A stretch of DNA of 64,000 nucleotides from Candidatus Bathyarchaeota archaeon. Its GTDB lineage: Archaea > Thermoproteota > Bathyarchaeia > TCS64. Position numbers and translations under genes: made by a program. Shown here piece by piece: positions 30,817 through 39,701 of the stretch. Every line of letters starts with the position of its first letter. Within the stretch, counting starts at the first letter, position 1. Location of the stretch: the NCBI GenBank assembly GCA_963769425.1, contig CAVYLP010000006.1, positions 544,001 through 608,000 of the forward strand, read 5' to 3'. The notes beneath the pieces are model-generated. The model had not been told where the DNA came from and did not search any database. It was given only the letters and a program-made list of their open reading frames with translations.

Positions 30817-31155
30817 CTAGGCCTCGGAGCGGTTGACGACCCTCTTGTTGACGCGTGTGAGGCTAATCTTCTCGTTTAAGTAGCGCTCTACCTCGTCGGC
30901 GTCGAATGGTTGGCAGCTGTAAACGTCTATGCTGATGCGGTTGCCCTCGGTGAAGGTGTGGATAGCTATGTGGCTCTTGTCTATGACGACGAAGCCCGTC
31001 CATCCCGGGTTGCAGGCGTTACCCTCGACGATGACGGGGCCCGCGATTATCTTCATGCCTATCCTGCCCGGGAGCTCGTGTAGGATGGATTCGACCGTCT
31101 CGCTAGCGACTGGGGCGCGCATCACGCCGTCGAGCATCAGGTGCAGGCCGATCAT
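30817..31155 (-). CDS. Pyruvoyl-dependent S-adenosylmethionine decarboxylase-family proenzyme
   Basis: GLHLMLD, GWTGFVVIDKSHIAIHTF, IDVYSC. Confidence 0.82.
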   Translation of the reverse strand: MIGLHLMLDGVMRAPVASETVESILHELPGRIGMKIIAGPVIVEGNACNPGWTGFVVIDKSHIAIHTFTEGNRISIDVYSCQPFDADEVERYLNEKISLTRVNKRVVNRSEA

Positions 31156-31241
31156 TCCTGCTGGATGCGGATATGTCCCGATATAAACCTTGGTGGTGCC
31201 CCTTCCCACGTTTTAAATCGGGTACCACCCGAATATCATCC

Positions 31242-31760
31242 ATGGTTGACGAGGTTCTGGTTAGGGAGATCGGGAGGCGCGCCCTCTTCTACGACAAGTA
31301 CAGTGGCTGCAGTCAGTCCGTGCTGCTCGCGCTCCAGGAAGGGCTGGGCGTTGGTGACCTTGAGTCTTTCAGGGCGGCGACGGTGCTGAGCGGCGGCGTC
31401 GCGAGGCGTGGGGAGACGTGCGGTGCGCTGCTGGGGGCGCTGATGGCGGTGGGCCTCGTCGACGGTAGGAGCAGGATGCCCGACACGCCCGCCTACGCGG
31501 CTGCCTGCGCCGAGGCGGACGCGATCGCCACCGAGTTCCAGCGCCGAGTCGAAAAGGAGTTCCACCTCAAGGAGCCGCTCAAGTCTACGATCTGCTGGGA
31601 CATCCAGAGGGGCATCTACGGGCGCAGCTACGACCTTCGCGACACGGGGCAGAGGGAGGCGTTCTACGCCTGCGGGGGGCACGGCGACGAGGGGTGCCCG
31701 AAGGTCTGCGGCATAGCCGCTGAGGTAGCGGCGGAGCGGCTCCTTCCAAATATCAAGTAG
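31242..31760 (+). CDS. C_GCAxxG_C_C family putative redox protein (copy 1)
   Basis: GCSQS, GGVARRGETCGALLG, ICWDI, GCPKVC. Confidence 0.85.
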   Translation: MVDEVLVREIGRRALFYDKYSGCSQSVLLALQEGLGVGDLESFRAATVLSGGVARRGETCGALLGALMAVGLVDGRSRMPDTPAYAAACAEADAIATEFQRRVEKEFHLKEPLKSTICWDIQRGIYGRSYDLRDTGQREAFYACGGHGDEGCPKVCGIAAEVAAERLLPNIK

Positions 31761-31800
31761 ATGTGTCATGGTTTAAATCGGCCTAAGCCACGTCCCAGAT

Positions 31801-32322
31801 ATGGTAAACGCTGAGAAGGTCAAGGCGATAAGGGCGAAGGCCCACGCGAATGAGAACATGAGCGGTTGCAGTCAGGCAGTTATTGCAGCGCTTCAGGAGG
31901 GGCTCGCCATCGGCGATGTTCAGAGCCTCAAGGCGGCTTCTGCCTTCGCCGGCGGCATGGCGAGGAGGGGGGAGTCCTGCGGCGCCCTCGTCGGCGCCTT
32001 GATGGCGCTCGGACTCGAGGAGGGAAGGGAGAAGCTCGAGGACCTGCCCAAGCTCCAGTCCACAATCGCGGACGGTTACTCCCTGAGCAACGAGTTTATG
32101 CGCCGTCTCGAGAAGGAGTGGGGGCTGAAGAAGCCCCTCCCCTCGACTCTCTGCAGGGACATTCAACTGGCCCTCTACGGCCGCAGCTGGAACCTCGCCG
32201 ACACAGCGCAGAGGACGGACTTCATCAACTCCGGCGGCCACGGTGACAACGGGTGCCTCAAGGTCTGCGGGATAGCCGCCGAGGTCGCAGCCGAGATGAT
32301 TCTGAAGAAGCGCGAGGGCTAG
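31801..32322 (+). CDS. C_GCAxxG_C_C family putative redox protein (copy 2)
   Basis: GCSQA, GGMARRGESCGALVG, LCRDI, GCLKVC. Confidence 0.85.
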   Translation: MVNAEKVKAIRAKAHANENMSGCSQAVIAALQEGLAIGDVQSLKAASAFAGGMARRGESCGALVGALMALGLEEGREKLEDLPKLQSTIADGYSLSNEFMRRLEKEWGLKKPLPSTLCRDIQLALYGRSWNLADTAQRTDFINSGGHGDNGCLKVCGIAAEVAAEMILKKREG

Positions 32323-32337
32323 CCTCTCATTTAGCTA

Positions 32338-32370
32338 ATTTTGCCTTTTTTCAGGCAAAATAAGGCAAAA
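32338..32370. promoter_or_regulatory. Inverted repeat ATTTTGCCT-N6-AGGCAAAAT plus extra AGGCAAAA half-site upstream of the hppA TATA box
   Basis: Seen directly; TTTATAT at 32383. Confidence 0.5.
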
Positions 32371-32485
32371 CTAATGAACAGGTTTATATGGCGCTCAACG
32401 CCGCGTGAACCTAGACCAATAGGAGAACGGCACTGATACTCGTAAGCCGCATCCAAAGGATCTATATTCTATTGAGGAAAACATA

Positions 32486-34462
32486 TTGGACCCACTCTCC
32501 ATACCACTGATCACCGTCGCCCTGACCGGATTATTAATTGTCTACGTCGCTCTACCCATCTTCCGCCGGAGGATACAGTCGGATAAGATCAGGGGCATAT
32601 CCGAGAAGATCGAGGTCGGGACAGCGACTTACCTAAACCGCCAGCTCAGGGTCATAGCCCCGTTTGTGCCGATCCTAGGAGTCGGTATCTACTACCTCTT
32701 AGGTTGGCGCGCGACAGTCAGCTTCCTAGTTGGAGCGGTACTCAGCCAGCTCTCAGCCTATGCCGTTATGAGGATCGTCGTGAAGGTGCATGGCCGCGTA
32801 GCGGAGGACGCGAAGACATCAGGGCTCGCCGCCTTCCGCACAGCAATCCTCGGAGGCAGCGTGATGGGACTCAGCGTCCCCGCCCTCAGCCTACTTGGAT
32901 TGACGCTACTCTTCCTCGTCTTCGGTAATCCCGAGGATCTCGTCGGCTTCAGCTTCGGGGCGAGCTTAACTGCTCTATTCGCCCAGATTGGGGGAGGCAT
33001 CTACACCAAGGGCGCGGACATCGGCGCCGACCTCGTGGGCAAGGTCGAGCTCGGCCTACCCGAGGACGACCCCCGCAACCCCGCTGTAATAGCGGACCTC
33101 GTTGGGGACAACGTCGGGGACTGCACAGGCCGCGGAGCGGACCTCTTCGAGAGCTTCAGCGGCGACGTGGTCACGGGGATGATACTGGGCGCGGCTTTCA
33201 TCCCACGCTACGGCCCGGGTGCACTCATCTACCCCCTACTCCTCCAGTGCGTAGGCAACCTCGCCAGCCTTGTCGGTATAGCCCTCGTAAAGCAACTCAA
33301 GCAAAAGCCCGAGACCGCCATAAGGACCGGTTTGATCGTGACCGCGGTCCTCAGCATCATCGGGGCCTACTTCCTCACCGTCGCCCTCATCGGGGAGGTT
33401 AAGATATTCTACGCGGCCCTCAGCGGGATAGCCGCCGTCATCGCCAGTATGTGGACGGCTCAGTACTTCACAGGCTTCGAGGGGAAACCCGTCAAGGCGA
33501 TAGCGGAGGCTAGCAACCGCGGCGCGGGCCTCAACATAATCACCGGTATGGCATATGGTCTGAGGAGCCCGATAGTTCCGGTTGTCGCAGTCGTCGCGGC
33601 GGCAGCCTTCAGCTACCTCATAAACGGGAACATACTCTTCGCGATCGCCATCGCCAACATAGGCACCGACCTCATGGTCGGCTACATAATGTCGACGGAC
33701 GCCTTCGGCCCCATCGTGGACAATGCGGACGGCGTCTCGGAGATGGCCCACAACGAAGGCGCAAGCGAAAACCTAGCTCACCTCGACGCCGTGGGAAACA
33801 GCATGAAGGCGTACACGAAGGCCCTCAGCATGACTACGGGCACACTCACCGCCTTCGCCATACTGATCACCTACTTCCAGATCGCTAACATCCAGAGCCT
33901 GAGCCTCGTAAATCCCTACAACCTCGCCGCCCTCTTCATCGGGGTGACCCTGAGCTTCCTGATATCCAGCCTGCTCATCGGGTCGACGGCGAAGACGGCC
34001 CTCGCGATGGTGGACGAGATCAGGGGACAGTGCGCGGCCAACCCCGACATCATGAAGGGTGAGGCGGAGCCCGACTACGCGCGCTGCATCGACATCAGCA
34101 CAAAGTTCGCCCTCAGGGAGATGATCGTCCCCGCACTGCTGGCAATCGTACCGCCGATAGCCGTGGCGCTGATATTCGGCGCGGAGACCCTCGTCGCACT
34201 ACTGCTCGGCATAACGGTGAGCGCCGTTTCACTCGCCGTCTTCTTCAACAACACCGGCGCCGCCTGGGACAACGCGAAGAAGCTGATCGAGAGGATCCCC
34301 TCGATGAAGGGCACCGAGGCCCACAAGGCGGCGGTGGTCGGGGACACCGTCGGTGACCCAATGAAGGACGTTGCTGGGCCTAGCCTCATCATCTACATGA
34401 AGCTCGTGGGCATGACGGCGCTGCTACTCCTGCCGCTACTCGTCGCGCGGGCGGCGGGGTAA
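32486..34462 (+). CDS. hppA: Membrane-integral ion-pumping pyrophosphatase, probably K+-independent H+-PPase
   Basis: GGIYTKGADIGADLVGKVE, EDDPRNP, DLVGDNVGD, GNSMKA (Lys variant), GDTVGDPMKD. Confidence 0.95.
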   Translation: MDPLSIPLITVALTGLLIVYVALPIFRRRIQSDKIRGISEKIEVGTATYLNRQLRVIAPFVPILGVGIYYLLGWRATVSFLVGAVLSQLSAYAVMRIVVKVHGRVAEDAKTSGLAAFRTAILGGSVMGLSVPALSLLGLTLLFLVFGNPEDLVGFSFGASLTALFAQIGGGIYTKGADIGADLVGKVELGLPEDDPRNPAVIADLVGDNVGDCTGRGADLFESFSGDVVTGMILGAAFIPRYGPGALIYPLLLQCVGNLASLVGIALVKQLKQKPETAIRTGLIVTAVLSIIGAYFLTVALIGEVKIFYAALSGIAAVIASMWTAQYFTGFEGKPVKAIAEASNRGAGLNIITGMAYGLRSPIVPVVAVVAAAAFSYLINGNILFAIAIANIGTDLMVGYIMSTDAFGPIVDNADGVSEMAHNEGASENLAHLDAVGNSMKAYTKALSMTTGTLTAFAILITYFQIANIQSLSLVNPYNLAALFIGVTLSFLISSLLIGSTAKTALAMVDEIRGQCAANPDIMKGEAEPDYARCIDISTKFALREMIVPALLAIVPPIAVALIFGAETLVALLLGITVSAVSLAVFFNNTGAAWDNAKKLIERIPSMKGTEAHKAAVVGDTVGDPMKDVAGPSLIIYMKLVGMTALLLLPLLVARAAG

Positions 34463-34498
34463 GAGATTAATACAAGCCCCCAACATTTCTGGATGCAC

Positions 34499-34574
34499 GC
34501 GGTTGTAGTCTAGCCTGGTAGGATACCTGCCTGCCACGCAGGAAACCCGGGTCCGAATCCCGGCGACCGCACCA
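34499..34574 (+). tRNA. tRNA-Gly(GCC), intron-less, encoded CCA
   Basis: Acceptor GCGGTTG/CGACCGC, anticodon arm CCTGC-CTGCCAC-GCAGG, T arm CCGGG-TCCGAAT-CCCGG, ACCA end. Confidence 0.95.
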
Positions 34575-34580
34575 AACATT

Positions 34581-35225
34581 CTAACCAGCTTTCTCGGCGA
34601 TTAGAATCCACGCTATATGATAATGGGTTCTTGCTCCGGGGTGGGGCTCCTCGTAATCGTGCTCGTAGAGCTCCTTGATGTTGAGGGCGGAGAAGTCGCG
34701 GCGCAGTTCATCCTCCGTTGAGAGGTGGATGTATTTGCCGTCGACCCAGGTGTTCTCCTCGCCCTGAACGGGGGTGCCGACGCCGTAGTGCTCCTTATCG
34801 TTGACGGAGATGGCGTTCATGTAGAGTACGCCGTCCGGACCGAGTAGGCGGGCCACGTGCTCCGCGAGGTCTCGGCGCCCCTCGGGGGGTAAAAGGTGGT
34901 AGAGGTTTGAGACGAGGACGGCGTCGAAGTAGCTGTGCAGGTCGCGGAAGTCCATGAGCCTGAACTCGGCTTTCGTCGCCTGCGCCTTCAAGGCGTTCTC
35001 CTTCGCCATCTCTATGGCCTTCTCCGAGATGTCGATGCCCAGGACCCTGAAGCCGAGGCTCTTTGCGACGTATATGGAGTCGCGGCCGTAGCCGCAGCCG
35101 ATGTCTAGGACGCGTAGCGGCCTGCCCTTGTGGCGTATGAGCCGCTTGGAAGCCTCTAGGGCGAGTTCACTGGGCCTCTCTCCCCATATCTGCCTGTATT
35201 TGTTGTATTCGGCGTCCCAGGACAA
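34581..35225 (-). CDS. Class I SAM-dependent methyltransferase (TehB-like)
   Basis: VLDIGCGYGRDS, GIDIS; start placed at TTG (LSWDAEY). Confidence 0.85.
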   Translation of the reverse strand: MSWDAEYNKYRQIWGERPSELALEASKRLIRHKGRPLRVLDIGCGYGRDSIYVAKSLGFRVLGIDISEKAIEMAKENALKAQATKAEFRLMDFRDLHSYFDAVLVSNLYHLLPPEGRRDLAEHVARLLGPDGVLYMNAISVNDKEHYGVGTPVQGEENTWVDGKYIHLSTEDELRRDFSALNIKELYEHDYEEPHPGARTHYHIAWILIAEKAG

Positions 35226-35266
35226 TCGTCGTCGCCCAACCGAAACGGGTACACGGATTAAAGCGT

Positions 35267-37810
35267 TTACCCACTCTCCAGGAGGTGCGTGTACCTCCGG
35301 TAGAAGAGGAGCTTGACGCCCTCGACCATGGCGAGGTAGGCGGCGACGAGGCCAGCGAGGAGGATGTAGAAGCTCGGCGGGGGCGGTATGAAGCCGAATA
35401 GAGCGCCGACTGGCGTGTACGGGAGCACATAGGCGGACGCCAGTATGGCGAGGCATGCTGCCACTAAGTACTTGCTTGGCCTGCTCCTCCAGAAGGGGAC
35501 GACCTGCGTCCTGATGACGAAGACAACGAGGGTCTGCGTCGTGAGGGACTCGAGGAACCAGCCCGTCTGGAAGAGGCCCTGAGAGGCAGAGAAGACCCAT
35601 AGCATCACGAAGAAGGTGAGGAAGTCGAATAGGCTGCTTATGGGACCGAACCAGACCATGAAGCGGCGTATGAATCGGATGTTCATCTTCTTCGGCTTCT
35701 CGACGTAGGACTCGTCGACGTGGTCGGCGGTGATGGTGGTCTGACTGAGGTCGTAGAGGAGGTTGTTGAGGAGTATCTGGGTGGGCAGCATGGGGAGGAA
35801 GGGAAGAAATAGGGAAGCGCCGGCGACGCTGAACATGTTGCCGAAGTTGCTGCTAGTCCCCATCATTATGTACTTCATCGTGTTGCCGAAGGTGCGCCGC
35901 CCCTCGATGACACCGTCCTGGAGGACCTTGAGGTCCTTCTCCAGCAGGATTATGTCCGCGCTCTCCTTTGCGACGTCGACTGCGTTGTCGACGCTGATGC
36001 CTACATCTGCTCGTTTGAGGCTGGGGGCATCATTTATGCCGTCGCCGAGGAAGCCGACGACGTGACCGTTCCTGCGGAGGGCTCCCATGATCCGGTCCTT
36101 CTGGCTCGGGTTTACTCTCGCGAAGACGTTGGCGTCCTCGACGACGCGCTGGATGGCGTCGTCCCCCATTAGGGCGAGGTCGCTGCCGAGGACCACCCGC
36201 TTAACCTTGAATCCGAGCTGCTCGCAGGTGTGGAGGGTGACCAGCTCGTTGTCCCCAGTGAGTATCTTGAGTTCGACGCCGACACGGTTTAGGAGGTTGA
36301 GGCTCTCCATCGCGGTCTGCTTCGGGGGGTCGAGGAAGGCGACGAAGCCGAGGAAGACCATGTCACTCTCGTCGGCAATGGAGTAAGTTGGCTTCTCGTC
36401 CCTTAGCTTACGGTATGCGACGCCGAGGACCCTGAAGCCCTGCGCGCTTAACTCCCGGTGCCGGGAGATTATCCTCTCCTTAACCTTCTCGGTGAGGTCG
36501 GAGGCCCCGTCAGCAATGTCAGCGTGGGCGCAGACACTCAGCACCTCCTCCGGTGCCCCCTTAGTAAGTAGGAGCCTTCCCCCGTTCTTCGAGGCGACTA
36601 TCGAGACGCGGCGCCTCACGAAGTCGAAGGGTATCTCGTCGACCTTCTCATATTCGGTTATTGGCATGTTCTTGAAGGCCAGAATGGCCTCGTCGAGGGG
36701 GCTACGGAGCCCCGTCTGGTAGTAGCTGTTGAGGTAGCCGTACTCAAGGACCCTGTCGTCGTCTTTGCCATCAATGTCGACGTGGAGGACTAGGGTGATC
36801 TTGTTCTCGGTGAGTGTGCCCGTCTTGTCGGTGCAGAGGATGTCCATGCTGCCGAAGTTCTGTATGGAGCTTAGGCGCTTGACGAGGACGCCGTGCCTGC
36901 TCATAGCGAGGGCGCCCTTGCTGAGGTTAACGGAGATTATCATAGGGAGCAGCTCTGGGGTGAGGCCGACGGCGAGGGCGACGCTGAAGAGGAGGGACTC
37001 AAGGACGCCCCGGCGGAATAGGGCGTTTACGAAGAAGACGAAGATGACGAGGACGAAGGTCACCTGCATTATCAGGTAGCCGAAGCGGCGGAGGCCCCGC
37101 TCCATCTCCGTCTCCTCGCCCCGGGCGGCGAGGCTCTTCGCGATCTTCCCGTACTCCGTGGAGCCGCCTGTCCTGCCAACGACGGCGGTCGCTGTCCCGC
37201 TGACGACGCTGCTTCCCGTGAAGGCGATGTTCGTCCAGTCGGTGAGGGATGCCCCCGCCTCGGCGAGTGGGGCGGGGCCCTTCTCGACTGGAAAGGACTC
37301 ACCGGTGAGGGCGGACTGGTTAAGGAAGAAGTCCTTCGCGGTGAGCAGGCGTGAGTCGGCGGGGATCATGTCTCCAGCGCTGAAGTATAGGATGTCACCG
37401 GGGACGACCTCGGTGAATTTTATCTCCTTCTTCACCCCGTCTCTTATGGCGGTGCAAGTGGAGACGAGTTTGGAGCGGAGTAGCTCCGCGGCTTGGTGGG
37501 CCTTGGACTGCTGGTAGAAGTCGAGGGAGGCGCTCGCGATTATTATGGTGAATATTATGGCGGAGTCTATGACCTCGCCGAAGTAGAGGGAGACGGCGCC
37601 GGCGAAGATCAGGAGGAGTATGAGGGGGCTGCGGAACTGGAGGAGGAACTCGACGGCGGTGGCGCGTCTCTTACGGGCCGCTACCTCGTTCGCGCCGTAT
37701 GCCTCAAGGCGCCTCTCAACCTCGGCCGTTGTGAGCCCCTGCTCGGTCGAGCCGAGTCTCTTGAGCACGTCGGCCTGGGGTAGGGTCAGGAGGTCGGCCA
37801 CTGAGACCAT
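35267..37810 (-). CDS. mgtA: Magnesium-translocating P-type ATPase
   Basis: TGES, AVGLTPELLP, DKTGT, GDGIND, SSNFGN, QILLNNLLYD, FQTGWF. Confidence 0.93.
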   Translation of the reverse strand: MVSVADLLTLPQADVLKRLGSTEQGLTTAEVERRLEAYGANEVAARKRRATAVEFLLQFRSPLILLLIFAGAVSLYFGEVIDSAIIFTIIIASASLDFYQQSKAHQAAELLRSKLVSTCTAIRDGVKKEIKFTEVVPGDILYFSAGDMIPADSRLLTAKDFFLNQSALTGESFPVEKGPAPLAEAGASLTDWTNIAFTGSSVVSGTATAVVGRTGGSTEYGKIAKSLAARGEETEMERGLRRFGYLIMQVTFVLVIFVFFVNALFRRGVLESLLFSVALAVGLTPELLPMIISVNLSKGALAMSRHGVLVKRLSSIQNFGSMDILCTDKTGTLTENKITLVLHVDIDGKDDDRVLEYGYLNSYYQTGLRSPLDEAILAFKNMPITEYEKVDEIPFDFVRRRVSIVASKNGGRLLLTKGAPEEVLSVCAHADIADGASDLTEKVKERIISRHRELSAQGFRVLGVAYRKLRDEKPTYSIADESDMVFLGFVAFLDPPKQTAMESLNLLNRVGVELKILTGDNELVTLHTCEQLGFKVKRVVLGSDLALMGDDAIQRVVEDANVFARVNPSQKDRIMGALRRNGHVVGFLGDGINDAPSLKRADVGISVDNAVDVAKESADIILLEKDLKVLQDGVIEGRRTFGNTMKYIMMGTSSNFGNMFSVAGASLFLPFLPMLPTQILLNNLLYDLSQTTITADHVDESYVEKPKKMNIRFIRRFMVWFGPISSLFDFLTFFVMLWVFSASQGLFQTGWFLESLTTQTLVVFVIRTQVVPFWRSRPSKYLVAACLAILASAYVLPYTPVGALFGFIPPPPSFYILLAGLVAAYLAMVEGVKLLFYRRYTHLLESG

Positions 37811-37963
37811 TTCGGTCTCTCCCGGTCTGCGGGATTCGGAGGGTTTTCTAGTGGCCGTAGTGTCTCCCCGTTAACTGTTGGGAGACGGGGATTTCCCGCT
37901 TATATGATGTGCTGATCAGGTATCTTATCCCTCGAACGCGTGGCGCGGTCTCTTTATGAGTTT

Positions 37964-38227
37964 TTACCTATAATCGTCAAGGTCTTCATCTTTTTCCGAT
38001 TCCTCTTCTTCCTCGTCCTCTTCCTCTTCCGTCACCGTCTCAACCGCCTCATGCTCCTTCTCGCGTTCCTCCTCGTGCTCGGCATCACGATTCTCCTCGT
38101 CCTTCTCCGAGCAGTTTATGCACAGCTTCTCCTCGGGTGAGCCGTCGTCTTCGCAGAACTTTACACCACATTTACCGCATAGGTACAGCTTCTCAACGTT
38201 TTCCCCGCAGATCCCGCATTCTGGCAT
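37964..38227 (-). CDS. Small Cys-rich zinc-binding protein with acidic tail
   Basis: CxxC-x9-CxxC-x4-CxxD-x7-CxxC followed by a Glu/Asp-rich tail. Confidence 0.7.
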   Translation of the reverse strand: MPECGICGENVEKLYLCGKCGVKFCEDDGSPEEKLCINCSEKDEENRDAEHEEEREKEHEAVETVTEEEEDEEEEESEKDEDLDDYR

Positions 38228-38366
38228 GTATTAGTTGCTGGGATTCCTTCACTTTAACCATCCCAAATGGGGGCGTCTGATCGCCATCCGCCCTTATGGT
38301 TTTCGGCTCAGCTCGCAGGTTGCCAGCAGGTTATATGTCCCGGTGCAACGTAGGTTATTGATTTTC

Positions 38367-39701
38367 TTGAGCGTGGCTTGGACCGCCGCCTTGGAGGCCC
38401 TCAGCTGGGTCGAGCTTCAGGGTATGAACGAGGACGCCGCCCTGAGGAAGACGCTGAAGCAGCTCAGGGTCGAAGACAGGCGGGTCGCGGGGGAGGCAGG
38501 TGAACTCCTCTACGCCGTGTCGGCAAGGAGGAACGCACTCGACTGCCTCATCAACCAGGCCCTCGAGCCGGATGACGTCGACGGCCTCGACGTTGGTCTG
38601 AGGAGCTTCCTCAGGCTCTACGCCTATATGGTGCACTATGGCGGCGGCCCGGGCGCCGAGGCCTACAGGTTCGCAGAGCATATCAGAGGGGTCCTCGGCA
38701 GGAAGGCGTTCAAGGCCGTGGAGGAGGCTATCGATCTCATCCCCCACCAGAGGATACCTTGGGGGAGCCTGAGCCGCGTGGAGGCGTTGGCCTACGAGAA
38801 CTTCCTGCCGACCTGGTTCGTGGAGTATGTCTGCGCCACGTTCGACGAGGGGATCGCGGCCGACCTATTGTCCCCCGTTGAGACGCCGAAGTATGTTCGG
38901 GTCAACACCCTTCGGGGGGGCGAGTCGCCGATACCCGGGTTGGAGGCACTGGGCTTCAGGTTCGAGGCCGTGCAGGGTATTCGCCATGCCTACCGAGTTC
39001 TCGGGGGCTCGGCGGGGCTAACCGACACCGCCCCCTACAGGGAGGGGGGCTTCATCCTGCAGGATAAGGCGAGCATGCTCGTGGGGGAGGTCGCGGCGCC
39101 GGGTCCTGGGGACGTCGTTCTGGATGTCTGCGCCGCGCCGGGGGTGAAGACGAGCCACCTCGCCCAGCTCATGGGCAACCGGGGGAGGATCATATCGGTG
39201 GACGTCAACGAGGGGAGGCTCGCATCCTGGGAGCGGCTGATGGAGAGGATGGGAGTGAGCATAGCGGAGCCGGTGCTCGGGGACGCGTCGAGGGCCGACG
39301 GGCTCCCGGATGTGGTCGCCGACCTGGTCCTGCTGGACCCCCCGTGCTCGGGGACGGGCACATTCAACGGCATCCCATCGACGAAGTGGAGGGTGACGCG
39401 CGCCTCCATCGACGAGTACGCGGCCCTGCAGGGGAGGCTCATAGAGAACGCGGCGACGCACGTGAAGCCGGGTGGGGCGCTCGTCTACAGCACCTGCAGC
39501 GTCTCGGTGGAGGAGAACGAGGGGGTCGTGGGAGGGTTCCTAGGGAAGCACCCCGAGTTCAGGCTTGTGGAGGCGGCACCGAGGCTCGGGGCACCGGGGC
39601 TGCGCGGCCTCGTTGAGGCCCAGAGGCTCTACCCGAAGACGCATGGGTGCGAGGGCTTCTTCATAGCGAGGCTGGTGGCGGATGCCCCGGGTCTACGGTG
39701 A
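38367..39701 (+). CDS. RsmB/NOP2 family RNA m5C methyltransferase
   Basis: RVNTL, QDKAS, DVCAAPGVKT, DPPCSGTG, YSTCS..EENE; start approximate. Confidence 0.92.
   Translation: MSVAWTAALEALSWVELQGMNEDAALRKTLKQLRVEDRRVAGEAGELLYAVSARRNALDCLINQALEPDDVDGLDVGLRSFLRLYAYMVHYGGGPGAEAYRFAEHIRGVLGRKAFKAVEEAIDLIPHQRIPWGSLSRVEALAYENFLPTWFVEYVCATFDEGIAADLLSPVETPKYVRVNTLRGGESPIPGLEALGFRFEAVQGIRHAYRVLGGSAGLTDTAPYREGGFILQDKASMLVGEVAAPGPGDVVLDVCAAPGVKTSHLAQLMGNRGRIISVDVNEGRLASWERLMERMGVSIAEPVLGDASRADGLPDVVADLVLLDPPCSGTGTFNGIPSTKWRVTRASIDEYAALQGRLIENAATHVKPGGALVYSTCSVSVEENEGVVGGFLGKHPEFRLVEAAPRLGAPGLRGLVEAQRLYPKTHGCEGFFIARLVADAPGLR

Noticed and set aside
34540-34574. tRNA-Gly as integration site of an island
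   Set aside because: No duplicated tRNA 3' end or integrase noticed in the window
35226-35600. N-terminal extension of the methyltransferase ORF
   Set aside because: Off-frame overlap with the mgtA 3' end
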